NCBI RefSeq assembly: GCF_001194135.2
Contig: NC_068996.1
Span: 54,211,932 to 54,271,331 of the forward strand
Direction: 5' to 3'
Length of the DNA: 59,400 nt
Source of the DNA: Octopus bimaculoides
Taxonomy: Eukaryota
Each line of letters opens with the position of its first letter. Positions within the stretch are counted from its first letter, which is position 1. The notes beneath the pieces are model-generated. The model was not told the origin of the DNA. It was given only the letters and a program-made list of their open reading frames with translations, and did no database searches. Made by a program: the position numbers and the translations under genes. Below, in pieces: positions 41,161 through 53,063 of this stretch.

Positions 41161-41649
41161 AATGCACAACTAAGACCAAAACCGCTCACTACCACTCCCA
41201 CTACACACACAGATACATACAAGAATCGATATTTGTTAATTTTGAAATATAGTCGCTATTCCAACGAATGTTTTCCATAATTTAGATACAATTCTTAAAT
41301 CATCAAAGAATAATGCACGAAGAAAATAAATGCGCGTCCGAAGTCACTTTAATATAAATTAGGAAGGGTTCAAGATATGAAGGCGAAAGTTATGGGACGA
41401 TGGAGTTGTAACCAATCCTTCTTTCTTTCTCGCTTTCTATTTCTCTGATACACGCATACACACAGACACACACACTCATAGTTTCTCACTCGTCTCTCTT
41501 AGACAACATTCTATGGTAAATATGTACCAAAACATTGAGGTTATAAAAATTCTTCATTTAAAAATCACATCCAAAAGTTTGTATGGCTAGGAAGCAAATT
41601 AATTTAATTTTCTTTATAATTTTCTTTAATTTTCTTTATAATGCATGTG

Positions 41650-41895
41650 AGTGGATTTTGTAGACGGAAACAGAAGGAGGCCTGTCGTACATATCTGTCT
41701 GTGTGTCTTTGTGTTTGTCTCCCACCACAGCTTGACAAATAATCAGTGTAAATATGTTTTACGTCCCCTTAACTTAGCGGTTCGACAAAAGATCACCTAT
41801 AGAATACTATCAGGCTTTAAAAAAATAAGTACCGGTGTTGATTCGTTCCAGGCATAGCCCCAGCATGGCAGCAGTGTAATGACTGAAACAAGAGA
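41650..41895 (+). mobile_element. SINE family B, 3' part
   Basis: gtggattttgtagacggaaac..cttagcggttcgacaaaag..cccagcatggcagcagt..gactgaaacaag. Confidence 0.85.
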
Positions 41896-42439
41896 GGAGA
41901 TCATTTACTAGTAAAACAATTAAGCTTTATAATGTTTGAAACACTTAATGTATGTACGCCTTCACATTTGATTTTTAGAATATTTGCTAAGTGAAAAAAA
42001 TGCTCCACCACTGGGATTTGGTTAACAAATTTGAACTTTACAAAAACGTGCATATTTTATAGTGTTCCAGCAAAAGATTGTAAAGTGCACTTTAGACGAA
42101 AATCGTTAGCTTTTCCAGGTTGTCACTTACTAATGTAACCACGTGCACCAATAGCTATTGCTATGTATATATACCATACGATTTTTGGACTATATATATG
42201 TGTGTGTATGTCTCTCTATGTGTGTGAGAACGCATGGCCTAGTGGTTAGGCTGTTGCACTCACGACTGCGAGATCATGGTTTCAATACCTAGACAGGGTT
42301 CTACGTAGTGTTCTTGAGCAAAACACTTCGGATCACATTGATCTGCAATCACTTTGACACCTGACGTGTAGTATAATTGTCTACATGTTCAGGCAATGTC
42401 GATACATATACATATACATATATATATGTATGTATGTAT

Positions 42440-42900
42440 GCATGTATATATGAATTTATTGAAAGAGTAAAGCAGCTGCAATTTTGGAAATAACTGTCCA
42501 TAAATACTCTCCTTCTTGCCGATTTTCAAAGAGTTGTTCACATCTTCTGAACAGCTAACCTCTATAGCTGATACACGATTTTTTTTCCGTCCCAAATAAC
42601 TGTGCCGCACATGTAATATTTGCAGTTTCCATCAATATTCCTTCTGTTGATGCGTATGTATTCAATAGCAGAAAGTTTGATTACATTTATTCCAGGACAG
42701 TTAATTCTAGGGATGGCTTTGTTATTGTTTTAGGAAGAATATTGTCACAGTAGTAGGTAATACGTAATGACACTTTGGGCAGTTGCTGATTACATGTGCT
42801 GTGTCTTCTAAAGAAGAAGAATGCAATCGACATTTCAAATTGCATCTTGGTAGTTTAAGATTTGTTTAGGAAATATTTCGTAGCTATCTCCTGCTCTTGG
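42440..42900 (-). mobile_element. RLE-type LINE C-terminal fragment (second family)
   Basis: LKCRLHSSSLEDTAHVISNCPK (knuckle) ..IEVSCSEDVN..KIGKKESIYGQL. Confidence 0.65.
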
Positions 42901-43121
42901 GTTGCAAAAGCGTAGCCTTTGAGATATGATGTAACGGTCACGAGTTCAAGAAAGGTTACACCTCATGTTAAGATTATCATCCACTTCAGTTAACGGGCAA
43001 CTTTCCATTGCGGAACCCTTTTGTGATATAATACAGTTCTATGTTTAAGAGATGAGGAATTATGTACATTATTTACATTATTTACATTTGATGGATATTT
43101 GTCTTCATCTGGTTTGTTGTT

Positions 43122-43166
43122 AACACAATGTTTCGGCTGATATACCCTCCAGCCTTCATCGAGTGT
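43122..43166 (-). ncRNA. Decayed copy of the same minimal hammerhead
   Basis: GACAC-TCGATGA-A-GGCTG..CAGCC-GAAAC-ATT-GTGTT. The core is mutated (CT to TC) but stem I is intact. Confidence 0.6.
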
Positions 43167-43214
43167 CTTGGGGAAATTTCGAACTTGGGTTTTCATTCCT
43201 AAGATATTTTTCGA

Positions 43215-43721
43215 TGTTATTATTATTATTGTTGTTGTTGTTGTCGATGCACAGCTTCTAACGCTAGAGATGAACTGCGGTGTCAGCTGTTCACTACCAG
43301 TGAACTAAGGTAACACCCCTTATTTTTCGAGCACCTTCCAGAGTATTCGGGTGGTTCCAAGTAGTGCTGTTCTCTGCAAGTGCTCCACCCTTACTGTAGC
43401 CCTTATTTGTTCCACGTACTTCTCGATATTTTTGCTCACTATTCCCAGGGCTCCGACAGTTATTGGTACTACTGCTACATTTTTCATCGACCACAACTGT
43501 TTAACTTCCCAAGCTAACCTGTCATATATCTCGACTTTTCTCCCTTCCTCATCGCATACCTTGTTGTCAGCTTGGCATGCTATATCTATGATCCAGCATA
43601 GTTTGTTTTCTTCCTCAATTAAGACTATGTCTGGCTTCCTATTCTCTATCTCATGGTCGCTCTGAATCATAAAATCCCATAGGATCTTTGCATTTTTATT
43701 TTCGAACACGGAATCGAACAC
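43215..43721 (-). mobile_element. R4/Dong-type LINE 3' end with tail
   Basis: KILWDFMIQSDHEIENRKPDIVLI..IIDIAC..VPITVGALG..LQRTALLGTTRIL, then a 3' UTR and a (CAA)n(TAA)n tail. Confidence 0.92.
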
Positions 43722-43807
43722 AGAATCTTGGGGTTAGTAGACCACGCTCTTAAACACTACGCTATATGTCCCTGGGCAGATGGCGTAGGGGCTCGAAATT
43801 TCCCAAA

Positions 43808-43853
43808 GACTCCTGAAGAAGGCTGGCGGGTATATCAGCCGAAACGTTGTGTT
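43808..43853 (+). ncRNA. Minimal type I hammerhead ribozyme motif (PLE type)
   Basis: GACTC-CTGAAGA-A-GGCTG(gcgggtatat)CAGCC-GAAAC-GTT-GTGTT. Stem III is the palindrome AACGTT. Stem I has one U-U mismatch. Confidence 0.7.
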
Positions 43854-43899
43854 AACAACAAACAAGATGAGGACAAATATCCGTCAAATGTAAATAATG

Positions 43900-45345
43900 C
43901 TTTTGTGATATGCAGAGTGTTTCTCTTCCAGGTCTTTACTGAGGTATACTCTTCCTGCACTTCTGTGTGCGTATGTGAGATCATCAGGAAGTTAATTCTT
44001 CTGCAGGTGTTGCCTACCGACCAGCAGGATTTTGTTCACTTCGTTTTTCAAATTTACGTTGATATGTTCATTATTTTTGCTGCTATTGTTTAGTAAGTGC
44101 CGTCTAAGCAGTCAGTGGCTGGCTGCATTGATCGTAAGGTCCGTCTTCCTTATTTTCCTCTCAGTCTGTCAATATTACTGTTTTTGTAGAAATTTGCAAC
44201 TAATGTTAGGATCGTTAAGGTTTCCATTGATTGGATTTCCTCTCTAGACCAGTCGAATATTACAAATGCTGGTATTAGCACGGGTACGGCAAATGCAATA
44301 TGGAATATTGTCTTGTTGAAGAGGAAAGCTCTGACCACTTTTATTTAATCTTGTATAATATTCTTTAGTTACTCTGCCTTATTATTTCACAATACTTGTG
44401 ATATATTTTCATTATCTAGGTATTTGTAACGCATCATTTGTGGAACAGAAGAAATATATATACAACTGATGTAAAGATTTTGAACAGTTTTTCTATGTTC
44501 AGTCGCTATCTATGAATATTTCTTTTGGCCAAACTTCGTCCTTAAATCAGCGGAAAATGTCATTAAATCCAGCTGTATTTCAGTGTTGAAAATATTTCGG
44601 GCATAAATTATTCGATCGTGACAAAGAAATTAGTGGTAATGTTGGTGTCGCTTGTTATTGTGGACCTAGAGCATAACCAGTGGATTTTGATAAAAGAAAT
44701 TACAGTTCAATGATGGCTAAAATAAACAGAAGTACATATAGACAACTCACTTGGAATATACCAGTTGGAATATTAGTAACATCAGAAACAATTGTTCCAT
44801 TTTCTGTTACAAGTGTGGGGATTGTGAACCAGGTTTACTTGAGCCATTTGATGACAGCAACTAAAGCAGCGGATAAATTTGGATGTTTCAATCCATGTTG
44901 TAATCAATCCGTATTGTCACAAATTTCCTGCTGTGTTTTCTAACTTCAGGCAGTACAGCCTTATTTATCAAAAGTTGTTCGGCACAACACGTTACTCCTT
45001 TCTTTCACATGCCTGTGAGTGACTATATCATTTGACTTGCAATGGCGTTAGAGGAATTGGCTCAGAGAGCTGGTGTACAATTTGTGCATAATGTTAAGGC
45101 AAGTTATGGGCCCATAGTTCTCTCCTGAAGCAGTGTTTTCGTTCTTGGTCATTAGGTTTGCTCGTGCTATAGCAAGCCAGTTCGCTATATCAGTCTGACC
45201 TTTAATAATTTCTTGAAATATTTGAGTGGCCTTCAATATAAGGATAATGACTTGTGCCTGTAATCAACTCTGAGATTTCTTTCTGGTGCCTGGCTATTAT
45301 ATAACTTGTCCACAGAACTGGTGAAAGTTTCAATGTCGATCATAC
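43900..45345 (-). mobile_element. R4/Dong-type RT domain remnant
   Basis: WLAIARANLMTK..NYGPITCLNIMHKLYTS; GIFQVSCLYVLLFILA..STGYALG; FAVPVL..DWSREEI..NIDRL. Confidence 0.8.
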
Positions 45346-45469
45346 AGGTCTTAGAAAGAAATGCTGGAAAGCATTTTGTCCAGGGTGGTAACGATTCTGC
45401 AAGTTAACCGCCTTGTTGATGATGATGGTGATGATGATGATGATGATGATGATGATGGTGATGGTGATG

Positions 45470-45519
<50 letters not shown>

Positions 45520-46059
45520 AATGATATAAGTATAGAACAATCGTAAGTGAATAACTGACAACATACTATTGTCAACAACAATTTAGTGCTAGAATTGTCA
45601 AACCTCACATTAACATCAAATTTCTCCCTCTACCGACAACTAAATCATTTTTGGATGTTATGTTATCTTTCTATTGATAGTTAGTCATCTAATTATACCT
45701 TTTTGTTAGTACCAGCATTATCAGTACTATGAGCTGTAAATAAATTAAAAAGATAATTATGTACCTCTGTCAGACAATCCATGCTTTCTGCATACAATTG
45801 GTCCCCGTTCTGGAGAACTAATAAAAGATAGAGAGAAGAGATTTATCGTAAAAACAGTAGGTAGAAGGTGATACTCCATTTTGGCCATAGCCGTAATAGC
45901 TAAAACGAACTGTAGAACCAAAGATCACTCGGTATTTCCCGTTATAACATCGATATCCTGCAAGGATATACAATTTCCACTATGTTTTCATTTACATATT
46001 TTTACAGAAATATACTGCTGTGTTATAATAATTATAATTTTTATTTTTATCTTTTACAG

Positions 46060-46290
46060 ATAGCTGCTTCTTACTCGCCAATGCACGAATTGTCGATTAT
46101 CCAATTGTATATTGTAACGATGGCTTTTGCAAACTTTCTGGTTACAACCGAGCTGAAGTTATGCAAAAGAGTAGCACATGCAGCTTCATGTATGGAGAAC
46201 TCACAGATAAAAATATACTCGAGAAGGTTCGTGTATCCTTTGAGAAATTACAACAGGAACAGGTTGAAATTCTACTGTATAAAAAGAACA
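46060..46290 (+). CDS. eag: Internal coding exon (probably exon 2) of an ether-a-go-go family voltage-gated K+ channel, N-terminal PAS domain
   Basis: Acceptor ttttatcttttacAG at 46058-59 and donor A|GTAAGT at 46291. Length 231 nt, phase 1/1, open frame: (D)[76 protein letters not shown]. The motif [20 protein letters not shown] matches the eag (KCNH1/5) subfamily rather than erg or elk. The supplied ORF track shows a different frame here. Confidence 0.96.
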
Positions 46291-46499
46291 GTAAGTTTCC
46301 TTCGCAATTTCTTTATTTCATCTAATTAGTTATGACTATTATCTTTTTTAACGTCAACTCTAAATTCAGTTACATTTAATTATTATCTAAAAAATATCCT
46401 ATTTTATTTTGAAATCATAATCATCATTAAAAAGAAGTTATCATAAACATTAAGTAAAGAGACTGAATAGTAAAACACTTCGATATAGTGTACTCATAG

Positions 46500-46735
46500 G
46501 ATGGGGGAGGGGAAAGTTCCTGGCTTTGGGTAAAAGAAAATGCAAGAGAATCAATTAATTATGATTTTAGTAAACATATTCCCCTCTCAGATTCACACAC
46601 TTACTGAAGCGGTTTTTCAGTTTCTCTAAGCCCTGTAAAAGAACTCGGAAGGTTGAGCCTCCAACCAGGCATTTCACCAGGCCTCCAACCATGCATTCAC
46701 AGTTAAAGCCAGATTTTTATCAGCACCCCCTCGTA
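46500..46735. mobile_element. Mariner-derived MITE just downstream of the eag exon
   Basis: Right end aaagccagatttttatcagcaccccctcg|TA. Decayed left end ggggaggggaaagttcctggcttt. Confidence 0.65.
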
Positions 46736-47029
46736 CATAATCCGTTATTTCATGCCCAAAATAAATAGTATTTTGTTTCGTTGAAAAGTAGATATATATA
46801 TATATCCACGAAAGAAATATTTAGAGAGAACAGGGAAAACAAACCGCTCTTCTGTCAAGTATACTTTCCCTCCTATTCACCGTCCTCCTTGCTGCACAAA
46901 CGATTCATCATATCAACCTCCTTAAATTTCATCTTTACAGTTTGTCAGGTTCTCTCAATGTGACAGAACTATGACTACACGAATTTTGGTCAAAAGCTCT
47001 TTGTAACGAGACCCATCCAAACTAGAACG

Positions 47030-47380
47030 TCGGCTTATATCCGCGTTGAATGCAGTATTTGTCCTTTTGTCAAAACGACAGGTCTACGTTATTTCCATGT
47101 ATGTTATCTACGTATCCAACTACTTCGATTCCGCTTCTGTTAGTCTTATATACGGCATCAGTTCTGATCACCGTAATGCAATGTAAACATGGAGCATCTT
47201 CGCGAACCCTTCTGGTCACATCTCGGTGTCTACGATAAGGTATTGAACATTCTAAACGTAAGTATATATCTAATTTAACTCGCTGATCACGAGTGCAATT
47301 TGGGGGTAAGCCTGCTATTTCTAATAGTTTCATAGAATCAGCCAGTCGTGTGTAGGCTTGTTTCACTCCAAACACTAACC
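47030..47380 (-). mobile_element. RTE-like LINE 3' remnant
   Basis: Frameshifted similarity to SRLPKIALxSEL and the terminal Cys-rich segment. Confidence 0.45.
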
Positions 47381-47528
47381 ATGTTTATTTTCTGACTGAC
47401 TCGCTTATTTATTCAACTTCTCTATCTTTCTCTCCTCCCACTCTGCCTCACTCTCTTTCCCTCTCCTTCTCCATTTGAATATGTACACCTGTCAAATGTG
47501 TTTTTGTTCTCTCTACCTCTCTCACACG

Positions 47529-47562
<34 letters not shown>

Positions 47563-47570
<8 letters not shown>

Positions 47571-48559
47571 CAAAATGGGACAAGAATGCAAACCATCCAG
47601 ACAGTCAGGTGATACAAAAAAGGGACAATAAAACATCCATACAGACGATACAAAGAAAAGAAGGACAGGTCATTCGGAGTTTTCTTTTCTCATTCGAGTT
47701 CCAGATTATCTTTGCAACTTCGGTTGGTTATACTCGAGATTGCTCCAATCTGGCCAGCCCCAAGGAAAAACTAAGCTAAGAGCATTAGATTCCTTGGAAG
47801 AAAGCAGCGAAAGTATACGAAAACAAGGACAGAAAAAAATGGAGAAATGTTACACAAAAACAAATGCAATTAACAAAACATACCAACAGGTGTCTTTCGA
47901 CTAACGACAAATTAAATTAAGCTGGCGTGTGTGGAAGTAAAGCCTTAAGGCAGGGACCTAAGATTAGGCAGACACAGGGCAGAATATAGATGTAGCACGG
48001 ATGGTAGTCGAACCAAGAAAGAAAGGTCAGGCTTGACCAAACACCGGTCACGTGGGGAGAGAAGAGAGAGGTAGAGGCAGAGGGATAGAAGAATTAAGGA
48101 AGGGCGAGAAAAAATAAAAGAGACACAGTGAAGTGAAAGAGGAGGGAAAGTGAGCAAGAAAAGAAGGCCAGGAAATGTGAGAGAGGGGGAACGAAAGAAC
48201 GAAGAGTGGAATGAACAAAGTGTGAAAGGGCTGATAGAAAGAAGGAAAGAATAGAATAATAGAGTCGTACAAAATTTAGATATGTATATACTTACATATA
48301 AGAGACCAAAGTGTACGTACGCCGCTATATTTTATATATAAAAAATACAAAAATGGGACAAGAACGCAACACATCCAGACAGGTGATACAAAAAAGGGAG
48401 AACAAAACATGTAGACAGACGATACAAAAGAAAACAAGGGCGGGTCATTCGGAGTTTTCTATCCTCAGTCGAGTTCCAGATTATCTTTGCAATTTCGGCT
48501 GGTTATACTCGAGATTGCTCCAATCTGGCCAGCCCCAAGGAAAATCTGAGCTAAAAGTA

Positions 48560-48562
<3 letters not shown>
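47563..48562 (-). mobile_element. Non-autonomous element with ~220-bp direct repeats (period 778 bp)
   Basis: aaaatacaaaatgggacaagaa..ccagccccaaggaaaa at ~47563-47785 recurs at ~48340-48560. The interior is GA-rich. Confidence 0.8.
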
Positions 48563-48639
<77 letters not shown>

Positions 48640-48849
48640 CATACATATATAAATATATACATATAGTTGACGTGTATTCTGTTAAGAACGTGTTAGAGTA
48701 CAAAAGAGTTCGTTCATCCTTAGAATGAGCAGATAGCCAGCAGCATTATGGTATGCTACCAATTCTAGGCTTAGGCATCCCTCGTACGGGAGAAATAAAA
48801 AGGAAAGAATAAAAGGAAGAGGGAGTATGATTTGACAGCTGTTTAATGG

Positions 48850-48959
48850 TCACTACACATGTTTCGATACAACATAGATCCACATATATACAGGATTTTA
48901 ATTTAAATTAAGTAACGGTTTACCCGTATGATAGGACCTAGTTGAATCTCCTCAGGTGA
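48850..48959 (-). ncRNA. Type I hammerhead ribozyme motif with an intact core
   Basis: Minus strand reads TCAC-CTGAGGA-GATTCAAC..long stem II..GTTGTATC-GAAAC-ATGT-GTA-GTGA. Stem I is TCAC/GTGA, the G10.1-C11.1 pair is present, stem III is AC/GU and the triplet is GUA. Confidence 0.8.
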
Positions 48960-49237
48960 TATATAATCGCTGTCTCTTTTTATACACTAACTCACATACA
49001 CACACATGTGTGTGTGTGTACACTTCCTCCAAGAAAGGTTAGTAACATCCTGATAAAAGATTTGATAACTTTGAATTTTTTTTAATCCTCCTTATATTTA
49101 AAAATTGTATTAATATATATAACGGGCTTCTTTCAGTTTCCGTCTGCCAAATAGACTCATAAGGCTTTGGTCCGAGGCTTTAGTAGAGACACTTGCTCAA
49201 GATACCACGCACCACACACACTCACAAACACACACAA

Positions 49238-49274
<37 letters not shown>

Positions 49275-49291
49275 TAGATAGACGGACAGAC

Positions 49292-49356
<65 letters not shown>

Positions 49357-49406
49357 TGCAGGCAGGCAGACACATACACACACTTACACACACACATACA
49401 TACATA

Positions 49407-50415
49407 TTTTAACGATGCGTACTGCCTTAATTCTTCGAAACGCCAGAGTTTTAATGGTGGCAGCTGATGAAGGGGATGTTTCTATGTGGCCTGCTTGTTT
49501 GTTGCACCTTGTTTACCATTTTGTCCTTGTTCTTTTGCCACGTCATGTACCCAGTTATGTATCTATATGTACATGTAGATGAACGTATATACATACATGT
49601 ACATATATGTGCATATACTCATATATTGTTTGTATCACGACAGAACGCACGCGTTACCTTTATACAGTAAGTTTTAACTATTTTTCTAACGCGACTCTCT
49701 CTATTTCTATTTCCCCCTCTCATTCTTCTCTCTATTGTTCTTCGCCTCTACCTGTCACTACTTCTCTCTATTGTTCTTCGCCTCTACCTGTCACTACTTC
49801 TCTCTCTCTCTCTCTATCTCTTGTTACTCGTCCTTCGCCTCTCACCGTTACTACTACTATCTCTCTCTCTCTCTCTCTCTCTACCTCTCGTTGCTCACTT
49901 TTATTCTACTTCCTCCCCTCCTTTTCCCTCTGCTACTCTTTCTCTTCACACAGCCTTGGTCACGTGTGTCCGGCTGCTATTTTTTTTCGTTCTTGGAATC
50001 ACCAAGCTCGCACGTACTTCTTTGCCCCTCCTGTACGTGCTTCACAGCGTTCAAGACATACACACTTCACGTCTGGCTGTACAGCCTTTTTGTTTGTTTA
50101 TTTCACCGTTTCGTTTTCCTGTCTTGTTTTCTGTCCGCCACTACCCTCCACGAGAACAATTTAATTTGTGTTCGTGGGAAGAACCATTTTAACGATGCGT
50201 ACTGCCTTAATTCTTCGAAACGCCGGAGTTTTAATGGTGGCAGCTGATGAAGGGGATGTTTCTATGTGGCCTGCTTGTTTGTTGCACATTGTTTACCATT
50301 TTGTCCTTGTTCTTTTGCCATGTCATTTACTCAGTTATGTATCTATATGTACATGTAGATGAACGTATATACATACATGTACATATATATGCATATACTC
50401 ATATATTGTTTGTAC
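49407..50415 (+). mobile_element. Non-autonomous element with ~225-bp direct repeats (period 780 bp)
   Basis: ttttaacgatgcgtactgcc..atattgtttgta at 49407-49635 recurs at 50187-50415 with few mismatches. The interior is CT-rich with a 36-bp tandem duplication. Confidence 0.85.
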
Positions 50416-52849
50416 ATACATACATACATACATACGTACGTACATACATACATACATACTACATGTATTTATATGTGTGTACATATGCGCTTGTGCTTGT
50501 GTATTTGTTTTCTTTTACTCGCGTATCTTCTCTTCTTCTTGCTTCATATCTATCTATCTATCTATCCATCTCACTTTCGTTATTATTCTTATATTTACTT
50601 TCCTCTTCTAACACCAGTCTTATAATTATCCAGCATTTGATATTGCCCACAGTATTCTAGCCTTTCCACTTTTACTTTTCTCTTCTGCACCAAAGAACAC
50701 TAAGCAGTTGAGCAATTTTCTCAACTTTCTGTTGCGTAAACATAATTGATGTTTGTAATGCCAGCAACGACACTTGTGTGTGAAACGAATTTTCTATTTC
50801 AAATATATAAAAACTTGTTCTTAACTGATGATGCGATAGTTTTTTTTTCCAAATTTAGAACGATGTCAATTGGTCGTCCGTGTAAAGTGGTCTTCCAGGT
50901 CCGTGATGTGAAATTTAATACATTTATCCCTTTCACTACAATACTCGTTATCGATCACTTCACTTAGATACAATACATCGATCCATTAATGTAAATAACC
51001 CCGCTCCTTTCACTAAATGCTCTATATTCATTTGCAAGTTGATATATGTAATATATTGATCTCCGTAACAGGATACAAAACATTAATGCACTTCGATACG
51101 ATAATAGCATATACATGTGTGTGTGTGTAAGCGTTTGTGTGTACGTGTGTTTATGTATGCACATATATGTATATGTACATATATTATATGTCTGTATGTA
51201 TATATTTGTATATGTGTGTGTGTGCGTGTATGTGTACATGTGTGTCTGTGTATATACAAGCACACTTGCACACAAATCTATGTGTATGTAAATGAGGCTG
51301 TAACAGGATGGGCAATAACTAAGGAAGTATTAGGGTAAAATTATACAGAACAGTTAACGTCCGACCAAAAGGATCTGGGTGCAAGAGTAAAACATGCATA
51401 TGTATGCATATATATTATGCGTCAATATATCACTAGTTTGCACACACACTCACACACACACACGCACACACACACACGCACACACGCACATGCAATCACG
51501 CACACACAAATACAATACATATACAGTCATATATATATATATATGTACAGATGCGTGCGCACACACTCGTAATTGTTTTATCACAAAACAATTATTCTAA
51601 AAGCTGCATGCACTTTCGAGAAAAGACACCTTGCATCTGCTATGCAGCATTTTTCCAGTCGCTCTTAATACCACGACTCATTACTCTGGATTTTATCAGC
51701 ACGAGCTTAGTGATATGATACTCGACTACAGGAAAGTTAAAGAATGTCCTTTGTGCAGAGTGCTACTCGTGGTAAAGTGTGTTCAAAAAAGGGATGAACC
51801 TGCAAGCAATCATACCTCCATGCTCTTTTGTGGTGGATATCTCTTCAAGAAATCTAAGTACGGATAGAGATTTGGGCCATTTCACTCACACAAATGGAAA
51901 CCCATGAAGAAACCTCACTATACGTCGGAGTAACTCAGCTCTACAGAATTATTCCACCAAAACCCACATTCTTAAAATGCTTAATTTATCATTGACAGCG
52001 CCAATTTTGTGAACAGCGGAAATATGTTTCATGTTCTGCATGCAACAAGCAAGCAACACACAAAAGTGATACAGTCAACTTATATAAAGGGGCGAAAGAA
52101 CTGTTTCAAGGCCTATTTTAAAGTGACACAATATAATATGACGTTTCTGCCTTGACGAGCTGTTAGGGAAGATAAGTTAACTAAGGTTTGTACATGATAC
52201 GATGACATTTAATTTGATGTAACAATGTAAGCAGATGTCACGTTTAGGAAATACCTACCAAGTTTAGGAAAATCCATCACGTCTACCGACTTCAAATTTT
52301 ATCATTTTGATAAACTTATAGGCAGATAGGATCCTCTTATCGATTGCAAGAAGAGGAGCATTGTGTATAATATAATGTGCAGAGAAAGAAGTATGTGGAA
52401 ATCTTATAAGAAATATCCACCTTGACTATAAGTGAAAAGTTTGAAGATCGAAGATCAATTTGTAACTTTGTGTACATATTATATACACATATTCAGTGCT
52501 ATGAATTGTCAGCTATGGGATTGGTTTTCATCGTAAAATCTGGATACATTTTACTTGAGCTACAATGTGTATCTTATTGAGAAATTATTTTATTTCATTT
52601 TATTGGATATAAAAGTCTATGCTGTGAAAGAAATATATAAATGTAAATATATGCCTTCTATACTTTTGATGTGCAAAAGAAGAGGGGAATTCATTCAATG
52701 AACTGCTTCATGGTGTGTTGATCGCTTCTCGGAGGGATTTTCGTTCGCAATGGCATAGGTTAATTATTTTAAGATTGTTGTATCCTTCGTTTCCAATATC
52801 GCGGAACTGCCACGATATTCTGACGGATAGTTTTGATAAACTGTACTAG

Positions 52850-53063
52850 TGTCGTAACAATAAACACGATAACGATGCAGTCGTAATAACAACGCAACGA
52901 TCTTACAATCTCTTCTCGAACTAACAAACAAATAATGAACTAACCAGCCGACACCTTCCAACTTCACTGCGAACTCAACTCGAACTAACACACTCTGACC
53001 GCTACTATTTGTAATCGCTCGGTCTAGTCTATTTCTCGCAAGGGGGCGTCGTAACCTACATCA
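52850..53063. mobile_element. Solo LTR (Gypsy-like, 214 bp)
   Basis: CTAG|TGTCGTAAC...CCTACATCA|CTAG: TG..CA ends and a perfect 4-bp TSD. Confidence 0.75.

Noticed and set aside
45770-45985. Editing-complementary sequence for the eag exon
   Set aside because: Only scattered 10-nt AT-rich matches (atacaattgg, atatacaatt), in non-colinear order.
49425-49485. Type II hammerhead in the 780-bp repeat (GAAAC..CTGATGA)
   Set aside because: The triplet is GCC or GGC, there is no stem I and stem II is weak, so it cannot be folded canonically.
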